A DNA stretch of 63,324 bases, filler included, from Octopus bimaculoides (taxonomy: Eukaryota), in assembly GCF_001194135.2 (NCBI RefSeq). It is 4 parts of 4 records of this genome, joined end to end, with 100 filler letters (N's around TTAATTAATTAA, not from the genome) between each part and the next. Parts side by side here need not be neighbours in the genome. Positions count along the whole stretch, not along the records: positions 8,628 to 30,081 come from NC_068988.1; 3 more parts are not named here. One strand, written 5' to 3'. A model generated the notes under the pieces. It did no database searches. It had not been told where the DNA came from and saw only the letters and a program-made list of their open reading frames with translations. This document shows, piece after piece, positions 13,201 to 27,700 of this stretch. A program made the position numbers and the translations under genes. The stretch's first letter is position 1. Each line of letters starts with the position of its first letter.

Positions 13201-13671
13201 AAAGNNNNNNNNNNNNNNNNNNNNNNNNNNNNNNNNNNNNNNNNNNNNNNNNNNNNNNNNNNNNNNNNNNNNNNNNNNNNNNNNNNNNNNNNNNNNNNNN
13301 NNNNNNNNNNNNNNNNNNNNNNNNNNNNNNNNNNNNNNNNNNNNNNNNNNNNNNNNNNNNNNNNNNNNNNNNNNNNNNNNNNNNNNNNNNNNNNNNNNNN
13401 NNNNNNNNNNNNNNNNNNNNNNNNNNNNNNNNNNNNNNNNNNNNNNNNNNNNNNNNNNNNNNNNNNNNNNNNNNNNNNNNNNNNNNNNNNNNNNNNNNNN
13501 NNNNNNNNNNNNNNNNNNNNNNNNNNNNNNNNNNNNNNNNNNNNNNNNNNNNNNNNNNNNNNNNNNNNNNNNNNNNNNNNNNNNNNNNNNNNNNNNNNNN
13601 NNNNNNNNNNNNNNNNNNNNNNNNNNNNNNNNNNNNNNNNNNNNNNNNNNNNNNNNNNNNNNNNNNNNNGT

Positions 13672-13719
<48 letters not shown>

Positions 13720-14334
13720 GTGTGTGCGTGCGTGCGTGCTGTATGTGCCAAAGAAAGTTATTTTATGGGATTCTTTCATTTGAAGCTGCAAAGTTGTCAA
13801 TTCGATCATATGACCGATCCCATATGATCAGCCATATTTTATGTCCATTGTACTGAAAGTTATTTACAATTACGATATGTGTAAAAAACAAAAGTATTGC
13901 AACGTAAATAACTGACCAAAAAATGAATCAAAAGTATTACTAGGTTTATGTAAAATACGTATACCATAGTATTTGTAAAAAGAGTACAACTTACCAAATA
14001 TAAAAACAAGTTAGTGCATGTAAAATTGTTTCCAATAAAAACATTCAACGGTACCAAATATAAGTTCCCTTCAGCTTACCTTTGTTTTTCTGAACTTTCA
14101 GAAGTTGATATTGCCCTTTAAAATAGTATGAGAAATATATCTCGCAGTTAATGTTAGCTGGGTATCTACAAAACTCTTCTCCGGGTATTCCAGCTGCAAA
14201 AGAAGGAATGACTTGATTATGTTTGTAGTTTAAGTTCAGGTTGATAAGAATTTGCAGTGACTTGGACAAATCTCATTCGCAAAGACAAAGGTTCAGTTGA
14301 AAACAATTATTACTCCCGTATCCTTGTAAAAACT

Positions 14335-14368
<34 letters not shown>

Positions 14369-14401
14369 TAGATAGATAGATAATTAGATAAACAGACAGA
14401 C

Positions 14402-14467
<66 letters not shown>

Positions 14468-15736
14468 GTAGGTAGGTACAGGAGTTGGACAAAATAATGG
14501 AAACACCAAGCATCATAGCATCATAATTTTGAAATATCTATAAAACTGTTAACAGCTAGTTTATTTTTATGCTTTTTGATTTATTATTTGTGTTGCTTAT
14601 TATGTTTTGCTAAAATTGCTGTTTCTTTTTAGATATCATCAGAAAAGGTAATTAAAATTCATTAAAATGACAAATCTATCGAACTTTCAAAGAGCTCAAA
14701 TTGTTGGTGCTCATATGGCAGGCGCTAGCGTAACGAAAACAGTCGAAATGTTTGGTGTATCAAGAAGTACTATCTCGAAAGTAATGACAGCCTTTGAGAA
14801 AGAGGGAAACAAAACTCCGGAAGAAAACCAAAACTTTCAGATAGGAATCGTTGGACTCTTATGCAAATTGTTAGAAAGGATCACAAAAGTACAGCTGCCA
14901 GAATTACTGAAGAGCTTAACGACTACCTCGAGAATCCAGTTTCCACAAAAACTGTTCGCCGGGAGCTGCACAAAGCCGGGAGGGCTGAAATCAGAAATCT
15001 ACTACTTTCAAAAGCAAGCGTTGTAAAGCGTTTAGAATGGAGTAAAAAAACTACAGAATTGGTCCCCAGAGCAGTGGAAGAATGTTATTTTCTTGGACGA
15101 GTCATCCTTTACCTTATTTCCGACCACCGGTCGAGTATACGTGTGGAGACAGCCAAAAGAAGCATTTGACCCAGACTGCCTTCTTCCAACTGTTAAACAT
15201 GGAGGAGCATCTGTGATGAACTGGTGGGCTATATCTTGGAAATCCACTGGCCCATGGTTTGCCTTCATGGCAGAATTAATAGCGAAGACCATTTAAGCAT
15301 TTTATCTGATCAAATTCATCCTATGGTTGCGGAACTGTTTCCGGGGGATGCGCAATCTTTCAGGATGATAATGCACCAATTCACACAGCTAAAGTTGTTA
15401 CTGAATGGCACGAGGAACATTCTAGTGAAGTTGAACATCTTATCTGGTCACCACAGTCCCCAGATCTAAATATTATTGAACATTTATGGTGCATTTTAGA
15501 AAAACACGTAAGGAGTCGATATCCTCCACCATCATTACTATAAGAACTGGAGACTGTTTTAGCTGAAGAACGGAAACAATTCAAACTTTGTACGAATCTA
15601 TACCTCGTATAACTCAAGCTGTAATTACTGCTAAAGGCGGTCCTACCCCATATTAAAATAAATGTTTGAAATTTTAAGGGGTCTCCATTATTTTGTCCAA
15701 CCCCTGTAGATAGATAGAGAGAGAGAGAGAGAGAGG

Positions 15737-15786
<50 letters not shown>

Positions 15787-16129
15787 TTATTTTTTACTCG
15801 GCAGAAACTTACAAAAGTGACTCAAGACTCGCGAGAGGCGCACGGAAATTTTCACACTTTCGTCACTTTTCTTGCTTTCTGCCTTCTATCTCTTCTACTG
15901 AATATATGCGTGTGTATGTGTTTGTGTGTGTGTGTTTGTGTATGTTTGTGTGTGTGTGTGCGTGAATTAAATTGCTTGGGATACCTACTGGTAGCATGTA
16001 ATCGAGTACAATTTGCTGTCTGATCGGCTTGTCGATGACTAAACTGACAAACCCTTCAAGTTTACCACTTACAGTAACATTGTATGTGGCAGGCGTTTTA
16101 AACTCCATTAAAATATGCACGTTATATAT

Positions 16130-16160
<31 letters not shown>

Positions 16161-19100
16161 NNNNNNNNNNCGTGCGTGCGTGCGGGGGGGGGTGTAACTG
16201 ATTAAATAAAAAATATAAAATTATTATAAAAAGATGGAGTTCAAAGATATGAAGGTATTGAAATACTGGTTTCTAATTTTGGCACAAGGCCAGCAAGTTC
16301 AAGAGAGAGGTAAGTCGATTACATTTGACCCAGTGTTCAACTGGTACTTATTTTATCGACTCCGAAGTGATGAAAGGCAAAGTCGACCTCGATGGGATTT
16401 GATCTCAGAATGTAAAGACGGACTAAATAACCACTAAGCATTTTGCTCAGCGTGCTAACGATTCTGCCGGCTCTCCACCATATCATTACAGTTTATATTC
16501 GATTTTTATTTATATTGAGTTTTATCTTGCTCATATGAATTTCAATATTCAGCTGTATATATATTTCAATAATGAATAATATATATTGAACCTGTTACTT
16601 AATGGTTCATAAGAATATCCTTATAAACGAAAGATTCAAAGAAATAGATTGTGAGCTAATTAATATGATTGTCACAACTCTTACATAACACAATGTTCCT
16701 CTCTCCCAGAAAAATATAAATGCAAACGCTACATTCTTAATCATCTAAAAAAGAATATATACATTGATGAATAACCCTTTCTACTATAAGCTCAAGGCAT
16801 GAAAAGTTTGGGTAGGGGACTAATCCATTACATCGACCTCAGTTTTAGCTTGTACTCATTTCATCGAGTACTGAAAGGAGGAAAGGCAAAGTCGAACCTT
16901 GGAGGAATTTCAACTCAGAACGCAAAGACAGACGAAAACTTCGCTAAGCATTTTTTGTCCGGCATGCTAACTATTGCATGCCCGCTCCCCACCTTGTATA
17001 CTACAATATATAATGATAGTATTCTCTTTTTGGCCATATTTATCGATTCTCAATTATCAATAGGGATGTCTTTCTTGCCACTCAAATTCAGCAGTTACTA
17101 CTCAACAAACTTGAATAATTTTTTTTAATAAAAGAAATTCATCACCCTTTCCATTTTCTTTTTTTCTTTTTTTCCACTGAAAGTAGGATGCGTGAAGTAC
17201 TCTCAAGTCTGTCAAAGTGTGTCGTCCTCATGGCGGCGAGCTGGCAGAAACGTTAGCACTCCAGGCGAAATGCTTAGCAGTATTTCGTCTGTTTTTACGT
17301 TCTGAGTTCAAATTCCACCGAGGTCGACTTTGTCTTTCATCCTTTCGGAGTCGATAAATTAAGTACCAATTGTGTACAGGGGTCGATCTGATTGACTGGC
17401 CCCCTCCCCAAAATTTGGGGCCTTGTGCCTAGAATAGAAAAGAAAAGTGTGTCATCCTCTTCTTCAAAGCCATAAAACTTACAGAGATATTTAGATTCTG
17501 AAATTTAACGTTTGTAGTCAAACCTCCGCTTGCATTCTAGTTTAGATGGTCTTTTCGGTTATGGATCGACTTTAACATTGTCCTGTCTAAGCTTCGTTGT
17601 TTCCTTTAAACCTCTTAATTTCCTAAGCAAGTGTATCTTTGTAATGCACTTTAAAATTTTACGATAGAATTCCGCCAAATTTTAAGATGGTTGATCTATT
17701 GTTGCAAACAGATCTATACTTTTACTGAACTTCTCTGTCCAGAAATTTTCTCTCTGGAACCTATCTTGTGCTTGTGAAGTTACATTCTGATACATTAGCT
17801 TCAATTCTCATCACTCCATCAGTAATTGTACATGAAGCTTGTAAATCAAGGATTTGTTGTACATTTTCTTGATTGGTTCTTGTTAACATTATTATATTTG
17901 ATAAACACAGAAACTATTCGAAGATGATTTTTTATTTTAAACTTTCTAAAAATATTCCTTGCTGAGTTAGATATATCATTTAACCTGCACCATATTTCTT
18001 TTTTATTTCTCTATTTTTCTTGATTCTTTGCAGCTTGTCTTTGTCTTTATCTAAAACTTATGTTATTCTTAAGTTATTCTTCTTAAAATAATTCCACCTG
18101 ATAATAGATTTTTTCATGCTTGCTTCAGAAGATGCAGGTTCCCTATTCTGTCAAGTATCCTGCGGATCTCCATGCTGATTTCGCATTTACCTTCACCTTA
18201 AATAATCGACAGTTGGATTAATAATGCTATCGATCTTCGAGAGTACTCAAGATAAGATCTATTCTCATATCAGTGCTTCTGAGAAGAACGAATTCTTATT
18301 TTAGATATATCTTAGTTGGTCCTGAATTATCTTGTCCCACTGAGTATCTTAGTTTATGGTGCTCACCATACAATTTAAAGTTAAATATATTTTGCTTCAA
18401 CTGTATCGGTGGAGAACTTAGCCAAAGTTTTCGAATTTCTCCTGTGCTGAAATGTAATTCTACCCCTTGTGTTTCCTCCTGTGTTACCCATCTTTAACTG
18501 TACTCAAATATTCTAGTTCCTTTTTATTATGTACCTCAAGTTGTTGGTTCGCCAAACATAGATAGTCTTTTCTTCAATAATCTAGGCCTCCATACTTTCT
18601 TCTTTCTGTCTATCAGTTAAGTTATTAGATTTATAATTTAATTTACTATTTGACTTTTCTTTTTTCTCTGCTCAATTTGTGATATAAGTTTTATTTACTG
18701 CTGCTCTCTTATGACAAATAAAATCTTCCTCGTTACCCCTCTTTTTCTCCCCTTTAATATTTTCTAACTTCTTTGCCAATTTGCACCTTCAAATGTAGTG
18801 AGTTGTCCGACATCATCCTTTCGGTCATCCATACATTTATGATCATCTAGATCCTATCCATTATTCACAGCGAAGATTCATATCAACAAGGTCACATTAC
18901 CATATGCTGAAGTGATCTAAATTTTCATTCGTTTAGGACAGTGCTACTCAAAGTGGTGATCCGTGGACTGGTGCCGGTCCGCAGGCCATCAGCTGCCGGT
19001 ACGCGGCGAGTTTCCAGAAAGAAAGAAACATTATAAAATGCTTATAAAAAACTTATGTAATATTGTATTATTTGTTTACAAAATATATATAAGATAAAAA

Positions 19101-21193
19101 TAATCGTCAACCTTTATTATATTCATTATATATATTGTTTCCGGTATAAATTAATATTACTAAGAAATATTACCGGTCCCTGGTACATTGGAAGAAGAAA
19201 ACTGCCGGTGCGCCACATCAGATAGTTTGAGAAGCACTGATTTAGGATACGCGTTTGGCCTTACAGTATTTTTTGCTTGTTTGTCAGAAACAATTTCTGC
19301 TCAAACAATTACGTTCTGATGTATTTATAATATCGGAAAAGGTAAAAGGTAAGATGTTTCTTTTGGTTGCAGAATGTTTGATATGTATACATATACATAT
19401 ATCGTTTCTAATATCTCAATGTTTTTATAAACAACCGTAAACAACATTTTTTATCATCACAAGAACAGTTTTCTTACTAAAGTCAGATCAAACGAAGATT
19501 TGCACTCCTATATCACAAATCAGTGATCATTCACTCTGTCGGCCATGATTTGGCATAAAATCTAGAAAGTGTTTAAAACATATTAAATGAAAATGAGCAG
19601 AATATTTATTTCATTAAATAACAATAATATAATCAATCGTAAGGGTGAGATAAAATACTCTTTTAATAGATAATGAAGTATTAAGTCAATGTGGTGAGCA
19701 ATGTAATTTTGATTAACCGAAATTAATACTCATCAAGACAAAGTTAACATTGTCGAGCAATGCTTAAGAAAAGCAATCATAGGCAAGGGTGACAACTCAA
19801 AATTTAAAAACAAATCTCTCTTGAAATAAAATGACGTCGCAGAGAACTAAGCAATTAAAATTGGAAACAGTGATTGTTGCAAGAAAGAATCACAAGACAA
19901 ATTCTTCTAGTCGAGCCATCTGGCAGGAGACCTAGGGGTAGATCAAGAATGAGATGGGTAGGTAATAGCCATAGTCTCAGTAGGTTACACTGGGGAATCC
20001 GGTCGGAAAGCTTGGCTACTGCTTCTGACAGGACCCTACGGAAGAAGGTGCCTAAGAACTCTAACACCACGACCCTCTCTGGAATAGTGGGCGGAGAAGA
20101 TGGATGGCTGGATGAAATACTAAAATGAGTGAAAGGGAAGGCTAGTCTGTTCTTTAATAGAGAGAGTGATAACTCCAGGCATGTTTCGGTCGTATTAGAC
20201 CTGCACAGTGAATCTTACGCATTCACATTTTTGCTAGATCAATGCAGATACATAAACATTTATAAATATACAAATATTTCTTTACACTGCTGTGGCAAAC
20301 CAGCAAAAATTAGAGGGAAACAGCCCAAGAATATCATCGGCATGAGAGATAATGAAGTTGATGCAAACATACTTAACATAGAGAGCACGATAGTTTTAAT
20401 TAATCGAGACTATTCTAGTATAGAGCTAAAGTAAACATTGCTGAACAATGCTTAGCAAAATCAAATAAAACGGAAAAGATAACAGACTCTGAAAAGACTG
20501 AAATATGAGGTCAAAATATATGCAAGTTATTAATTAATTATATGTAACAACAATTGTAGCAACAAAGTTAAATGCAGCACTTTAGACTTATTTTCAGTTT
20601 AACAGCTACATTGAAATACTTACGTTTTACCTCGTCAACAATTTCTGCATTTTCACAAATTGTCTTACATTTATCTTCGGAATAGTTCCCATTCTTGAAG
20701 CCAACACACAAAGCACACTCTTTCATGTCTAGACAGCGACCTTGGCATGACTATAAACGTTGAATAGAAATCATTGGTATCAACTCAACCAATCGTTTCA
20801 AGTCAAAAAACAAGTTGGTTAACTAAAAATACTGAATGACTAAGCATTTTATTTGTAGTTTGAAGGTTATAAATTCAATAAACAATATAACTAAAGTAGG
20901 AACTAAAAATTAGATTTAGTAAATGTATTTCAGAAACATTAGTATTTTGTATTAGTGTATAATGAATTTAAAACATTTTTTTAAATTCTTTTTCTTGTTT
21001 CAAACGGCAGTCATGAAGGGTTTAGTAGAACAAATATACCACAGTACTTGTTTTTAAGCACAGTACTTGTTCTGTTGGTATCTTTTTGCCGAACCGCTAG
21101 TTACGGGATGTAAACAAACCGACACCTATTGATATGTAGTTGTGGTGGTGGTGGTGGTGGTGGTGGCGGACAAACTCAAACACAAAGACGCAA

Positions 21194-21248
<55 letters not shown>

Positions 21249-21379
21249 NNNNNNNNNNNNNNNNNNNNNNNNNNNNNNNNNNNNNNNNNNNNNNNNNNNN
21301 NNNNNNNNNNNNNNNNNNNNNNNNNNNNNNNNNNNNNNNNNNNNNNNNNNNNNNNNNNNNNNNNNNNNNNNNNNNNNNN

Positions 21380-21421
<42 letters not shown>

Positions 21422-22330
21422 TGGGTTTCTTTCAGTTTCTATCTACCAAATCCACTCACCAGGCTATGGTCGACCCGAGGCCATAGCAGAAGACACTTGC
21501 CCAAGGTGCCTTGCAGTGGGATTGAACCCGGAGCCATGTGGTTGGGAAGCAAACGTTCACAATACAGTCTCGTCTGCGCCTGTAAAATTTTGTATTATGA
21601 TCGTTCCTCATTATTGCATAAACACTTGTGAGTGAATGCATGTGCGTGGATATGTTTGAATTGTTTATTCCAGAAATATTTAGAAACAACTATCTGTCTA
21701 TCAACCTCATTATGAAACATGTTACCTATCATTTTAATGAAGTGCTCGAATTCAATTTTAAAATCCTTTACCAGAATTCCCCGCTAATAGACTCAATTTA
21801 TCCCTGCTAACAAATGTTTTTTATCATATCGTTCCACCTCATCGTTAGTCAACGAGACACTCTTCGACCTACAGTTTATCAACACTTTCGTATGTATATT
21901 AATTACAATTTTATTCTGAAAAGAAACATACCAAACTTTTATAATATACTCAAAACGAGCAGTAAGGAGTTCAACTTACAGGACATTCTTCACAAGTCTG
22001 ACCAACAAACCGATTATCATATTGGCAATCACATCGCCCACATTTACATATCCCTTTACCATTGCATTCTATCTAAAAAGGGAAAGAATTAAGTACCAAA
22101 ATTACAGGATGAAGAAATCGAGAGAAATTATTAATAATAATGTTCGTGCGTTATAAATAAAAATATTATAAAAACTTACCCCGTTGGAAGCAATACAGAG
22201 TTCTTTTGAAACAGGGCATTCACAAGCATCCCCTGTGTAATTAGCATTACAGTTACATATACCACGTTTACATTGACCCCGACTCGGACCTTGAAATAAA
22301 ATTCGAAAGATGTATGTACGCATATATATA

Positions 22331-22401
<71 letters not shown>

Positions 22402-24742
22402 TTTCTTAACAAAGTGGCTTCATAACAAAGTATCGATTTCACAATATGAACTACCACCACTCAGCTAAATATATGTGAATTAACAAAATGGACATATGCT
22501 CCATTCATGCAGGTGAAAAAGGTTTGGTTCGTTTAAGCTTTCTAAGAAGAATACGATAAAACAAGAACAACTGTTCTTTTACACACCTTTAAAAAGGTCC
22601 TGTGTTTCACTGGGAAGATGCCAGTTTTAAATCAATATAGGATATTCATTCACAACACTATTCGTTCTCAATTAGGAAAACAGTTGCATAACTTCGTTGT
22701 TCAAAAGAACTGATGTATGCCTTTTATACAACTGACTCTGATCCTGAGAGAATTGTAGACTTCCCATTATATATGAAATCAATATTAATAACCTTGAAAT
22801 CGATACAGTTTCTGTTTCTTGATATATATTTTGTCTTTTTTAGCTTTTTTAAAGAGTTAGATTCAGAATGATATCAAGTATCTTTACACAGATAGAAAAC
22901 TACACAATAAAGCAAGTAAATGAGTCTGAAATAGCAGTTAAATTCCCTTCAATCCACATTGATACTGTCTTGAAAGAAACAAAAATGGCATATTGAAGTT
23001 CAGAGAAAATCAGAATATAAATACGTACGATCATACTTGATAAGAGCTTACGTAAGGTTAGATAAAACCTGCGTAGTTTATAATATAGATTAATGATATC
23101 AAGGACCGGCAGTTAGGTTGACTTCAACTTAATTAACCTAAAATAAATCAACTTAAAATGTTTAATTTTCTTTACCAATAAAATAAGCACTAGTTATTAT
23201 AGTCGATTTAATCAACTATAAACGTTCTTTCACAGCATTGTTGGGTTAGTTTTAGTTTCTAGTCTAAACAAATCGGTATTTTCAAATTTAGGATGGTGAG
23301 CACCGAGTATCAAAAAGTGAGTTCTCTGCCGTGCAATAATGCGACATAATTTCGCCCAGTTTAAATTACTAATACTCTTTTCAAAAAATATCCCATTTCA
23401 TTGTCATATTTTTTTATCCCTTTAAATATGTTGATTTTAGAAAGCAATATTTTCCGAGTCAGCATGTTAAATGGGTTTTATAAGTATTCCCAGCATTACA
23501 CATGCTTTCATTTTTTGTTATTGTTGTTATTACTGTCTGTTGGCTACCGTTATTACTTAGAATGAAACTAGGGAGATAGCAAAATCGTTAACACGCCAGA
23601 CAAGAAAGCTTAGCGGTGTTTCTTCAGGCTCTACGTGCCAAGGTCAACTTTGCCTTCTATCCTTTCAGAGTTTGATAAAATAAAATACCAGTTGAACATC
23701 GAGGTCAATATATTCGACTAGCTCCCTCCGCCAAAATTTCAGGCTGTCTTCCTATAGGAGAAAGAAAGGAATATTTCTTGGGTGAAGAGAAATAGCATAA
23801 ACAGTAGAGAACTTTGATGACTTTAGTTGTAACTCTTTACGTTTTGAGTTAGAATTCCATAAAATCTTGACTGCCAAGGTGGATAAAATAGTACCAGTTA
23901 TGCACTCCGTCAAATCTTTTTATCTTTTACCAGAAAAAAATGACGTTGTTCCTAGTGAAAAGAATCTGTTACCATCCTATGGAACTGATAGGAAACTTGA
24001 AGTATTGTAATTTCATTAACTGTATCACATAAAATGTTCAATCACTAACATGTTGCAGCTACTACCCTACAGACATGTAGCTTCTTCTCTTTGGTCTTTA
24101 GTCGCTGCTACAACAGTCTCTACTAATCTGTACTAGCTAGTTATTCATTCCTACTATCCAAGAATACCAGATACAACCATTTCTTCTCTCATTATCTTTA
24201 GTCATCTCTCACTTTTCACATGAAATATTCTATGGGATACCCTACTCTCTAGAACTCTACAGTTCCCTCCTTGATCATGTTTTACTGTAAACATTAAACT
24301 ACAGACATTTAAAATGAACATCAACTGCATCAATCTGATCAGAGGAGCTGGACTTGAAATCGTCATAGGGAGAACACATGATTAACGTATGTTCAAATAA
24401 AAAAAAAACAGTATATTTCAATAGCATGTTTTTTTATACTAGCTTTCCTTTTATCAAAAACAATCAATAAATCATATTCACACTTCCAGCTTACCTCCAC
24501 ACAAAAGTCCCTTTGTTCGAAAGCAAGAGAAGTCGTCATATTCACAAAATCTTCCTGACCATGTTTTATTCATTTCTCTGGGATGACATTCACAAACTCC
24601 ACAAACACATGAACCTCTTCCTGAACATGTCTTCGTCGTATTATCTCTATATATATGAAATAACAGATTTATTTTCTCCTATATTATTTACAATTCAAAT
24701 GAAAGTTCATTAAAAATATTACTGGCCAGAGGCAAGACCCTG

Positions 24743-24785
<43 letters not shown>

Positions 24786-27700
24786 ACTCTTTTGTCTACA
24801 AAACTCTTTTGTGCACACCCTCATAGAGTCTTTGAGGCCAATCCTATGACTCATTCAATGTGTCTTGAAATCATCGGAACAGACCTAGTAGTCATTTCTA
24901 CTGAAAGTAGCTTTGATTTCCAACTGGAAACGCTTTACTTAAGTTGTTAATGTCCATAATACAAGGTCGTTTTCAGTCCCAAATACTAGCCTTCATGTAA
25001 CATTTTACTGATTTTAACGTCATTGACTGAAAAAGCAGGAAGTTGGACGAAATCCATTATCAGGATTTACGAAAGTAGTCCTAAAAGTAATTCAAAAGCA
25101 TATTTTTTCTTTTTTAATAACTGGCATAGGTAGTTTAAACTGCACATGGTAGAGTAAATCTTTCTCTACATTAACTATTTTTCCTATTCTTTTTGAGAAA
25201 GCAACGTGTCGTCATTGATTCTTGACGAAGGGGAAACGCAGGCTGTTCGACAACTGGTTGTTTACGGAGATGTTATCATTAGCAAAAGTGGCAGAAGTAG
25301 GGGAAGAAGTTTAAAGAAACGAAGCCAGCACTGAGGACAAGCCTTGCAGCAGGAGATTGTCAACTGTGACCACTGTCATAGATTGCCAGTGAGCGGACGG
25401 ACGGATTGATTCAGACAAACAGGCATCTCATGATCTGTGAACTTTCTCTACAACTGGACTGCAGTTGCAACCCATTACAGAGGATGGTGGAAGTTGAAGG
25501 GTATCTGAAAGTGTGTGCAAAGTGGGCACCTCGTTCAGTTAACACCCGATTTAGAAGGTAGAAGTTTGTTCTATCTCCAGGAAGCATTCTAAGCTAACAA
25601 ACACATTTTCTTTTTGTTTTCCTTCTATTTTTTTTCGATCTTGCGACAGTGGATATAAGAAGCTCAAGAGCCAGCAATCAGCACACAAGATATCATGGTA
25701 ACTGTGTTTGGAAGGACAGCGAGAGGTTCATTGAGACAGTCAAAATGCTCAGGGACGCTACGAGAAAGAAGAGACCGAACAGGAATCTGAAAATCATCTA
25801 CATCCTCAATGACAATGCATGACCACACACATCTTTGACAATAAATAAACCAATCAGCGAGTTTCCTGTATAGTTCAGGTCTGACATTCTCCAACTTCCA
25901 CCTGTTCGGTCCAATAAAGGGCAATCTTTGAAGGTGAAAATAGCTGTGGAAAAGAGGATACAACTGTGCACACCTGAATATTTTGAGAGTTTTGTTCAAC
26001 ATTGCGCAAATCCATTGCATGGGATGTATACTACGTTGAGTAGCACCTTTGTATAGAGAAAGTATTATTCTACCAGTATACGCAATTTGAACGATCTACG
26101 TCAGTTAATAAGTTGTGCCAACTTTTGCATAAATTTTGGGAAAACTCTCGTACTTTCACCCTTCAAAATTCATTTGCCTCCAGTGCCCTTCGTTCTTCAA
26201 AAATTCATAAAATAACTATTCTTTTCTACTCTAGGCACAAGGATCTAAATTTTGGGGGAGGGGGCCAGTCGATTAGATCGACTCCAGTATGCAACTGGTA
26301 CTTAATTTACCGACCCCGAAAGGAAAAGTCGACCACGACGGAATTTGAACTCAGAACATAAAGAAAGACGAACTACTGCTAAGCAGTTTGCCCGACATGC
26401 TAACCTTTCTGCCCGCTCGCCACCTTTCATAAAATAATTATGAATAATAGACTAGTTGTACTTTAGTCATTTGTAACATTCCCATTTAAAATTGCTTTAA
26501 AATCTTTGTAACATCTAGTTTTTAGAAAAATTATGAGTAAAGCGGTAGAATATTTCATGCACTTACTTGATACATTTATCATAAATATTTTCGGATGCAC
26601 TACTACGGTTACATTCACATTTTTTACCGTAACTTTTCTCAGTACATTCACAAAGACCACATGAAAAGTCGCCTCGACCACCGCTACACTTTAAGCTGTT
26701 TACTTCCTTGAAAAATAAAAATGTACGTAACATTATCAAAACTTTATATCAACAAGGTACCTAAACATAAACATACGAAACTTGGTATTATCATTGCTCC
26801 TAGTTTTCCTTTAAAGGATGTCAAATTAATTTGAAATCTTCGGTCTCGTGCAGTATATTGCATGAAACATTCATAATGCATATTTTTGATTTCTTTTAAT
26901 TTCATCCCAGCTTTGTCATAGTTATAGAGATTTAATGTAAAGAAATAATTACTCAAATCGTATATTTATATGTTGACATGTGAACTACTTTTATTTTTAG
27001 TCACTCATCCTTAAGTGGCTGATACATTAATCACTGATTTAGGATTCACAACGTTTGTAAAATACTGATAATTGTTGCATCACGAATTTGGGAATCATAA
27101 ACCGATAAGACTTACTAAATATGAATTATTTATTGATCTGTAAATCAAACATAAATGGTATATCGAAATTCATAGAACATCTTAAATACATTTCCGCTTT
27201 TTGAATTATTAGAGAACTTAAAGAATATTTTAAAACCATGTTTATTTAATACGTTCGCCGGAATAATATTTACATTATTAAAAAAGACATAATCTGTAAT
27301 TACATACTGTGTTAAAAATATCAATCTCCTGACCTTTTTAATCGGTAATTCACAGTCACATTGACAAGCCAATTCGTAATCAATTATGATATTATCGGGA
27401 ATACCAACAGCAAAAATCATTATCTGCTTTTTGTGTAAAAGTTCTTCTCCAACTGGACATCTCAGTAATCTGACTGACAGTTCAAATTTGACCTAAATGG
27501 AAAGAGCATTGAGAATTAATTTTCAGCAGACTGAGACTTGACATAAAATGTGATGTCTTCAATTATGTAACGTACAAAGAGTTTACTAGATGAGGTTTGG
27601 GAGAGATTAAAGAATAGTATTTTGCTTAAAAGGAAGTTTTGAATCAAGGATATAGTGTGTGGTTGATCAATAATTCTATGTCAGTTTCTAATACTATATG

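Noticed and set aside
13085-13204. Phase-compatible hydrophobic frame [36 protein letters not shown] as an alternative TM exon
   Set aside because: The hydrophobic stretch is short, there is no Cys partner for the beta-tail domain, and the acceptor is cut by a gap; the exon at 11909-12072 fits far better.
17231-17320. SINE heads as tRNA genes; repeated cores as a CRISPR array
   Set aside because: The heads lack a full cloverleaf and run into SINE bodies; the copies are dispersed, with no regular spacers or cas genes.
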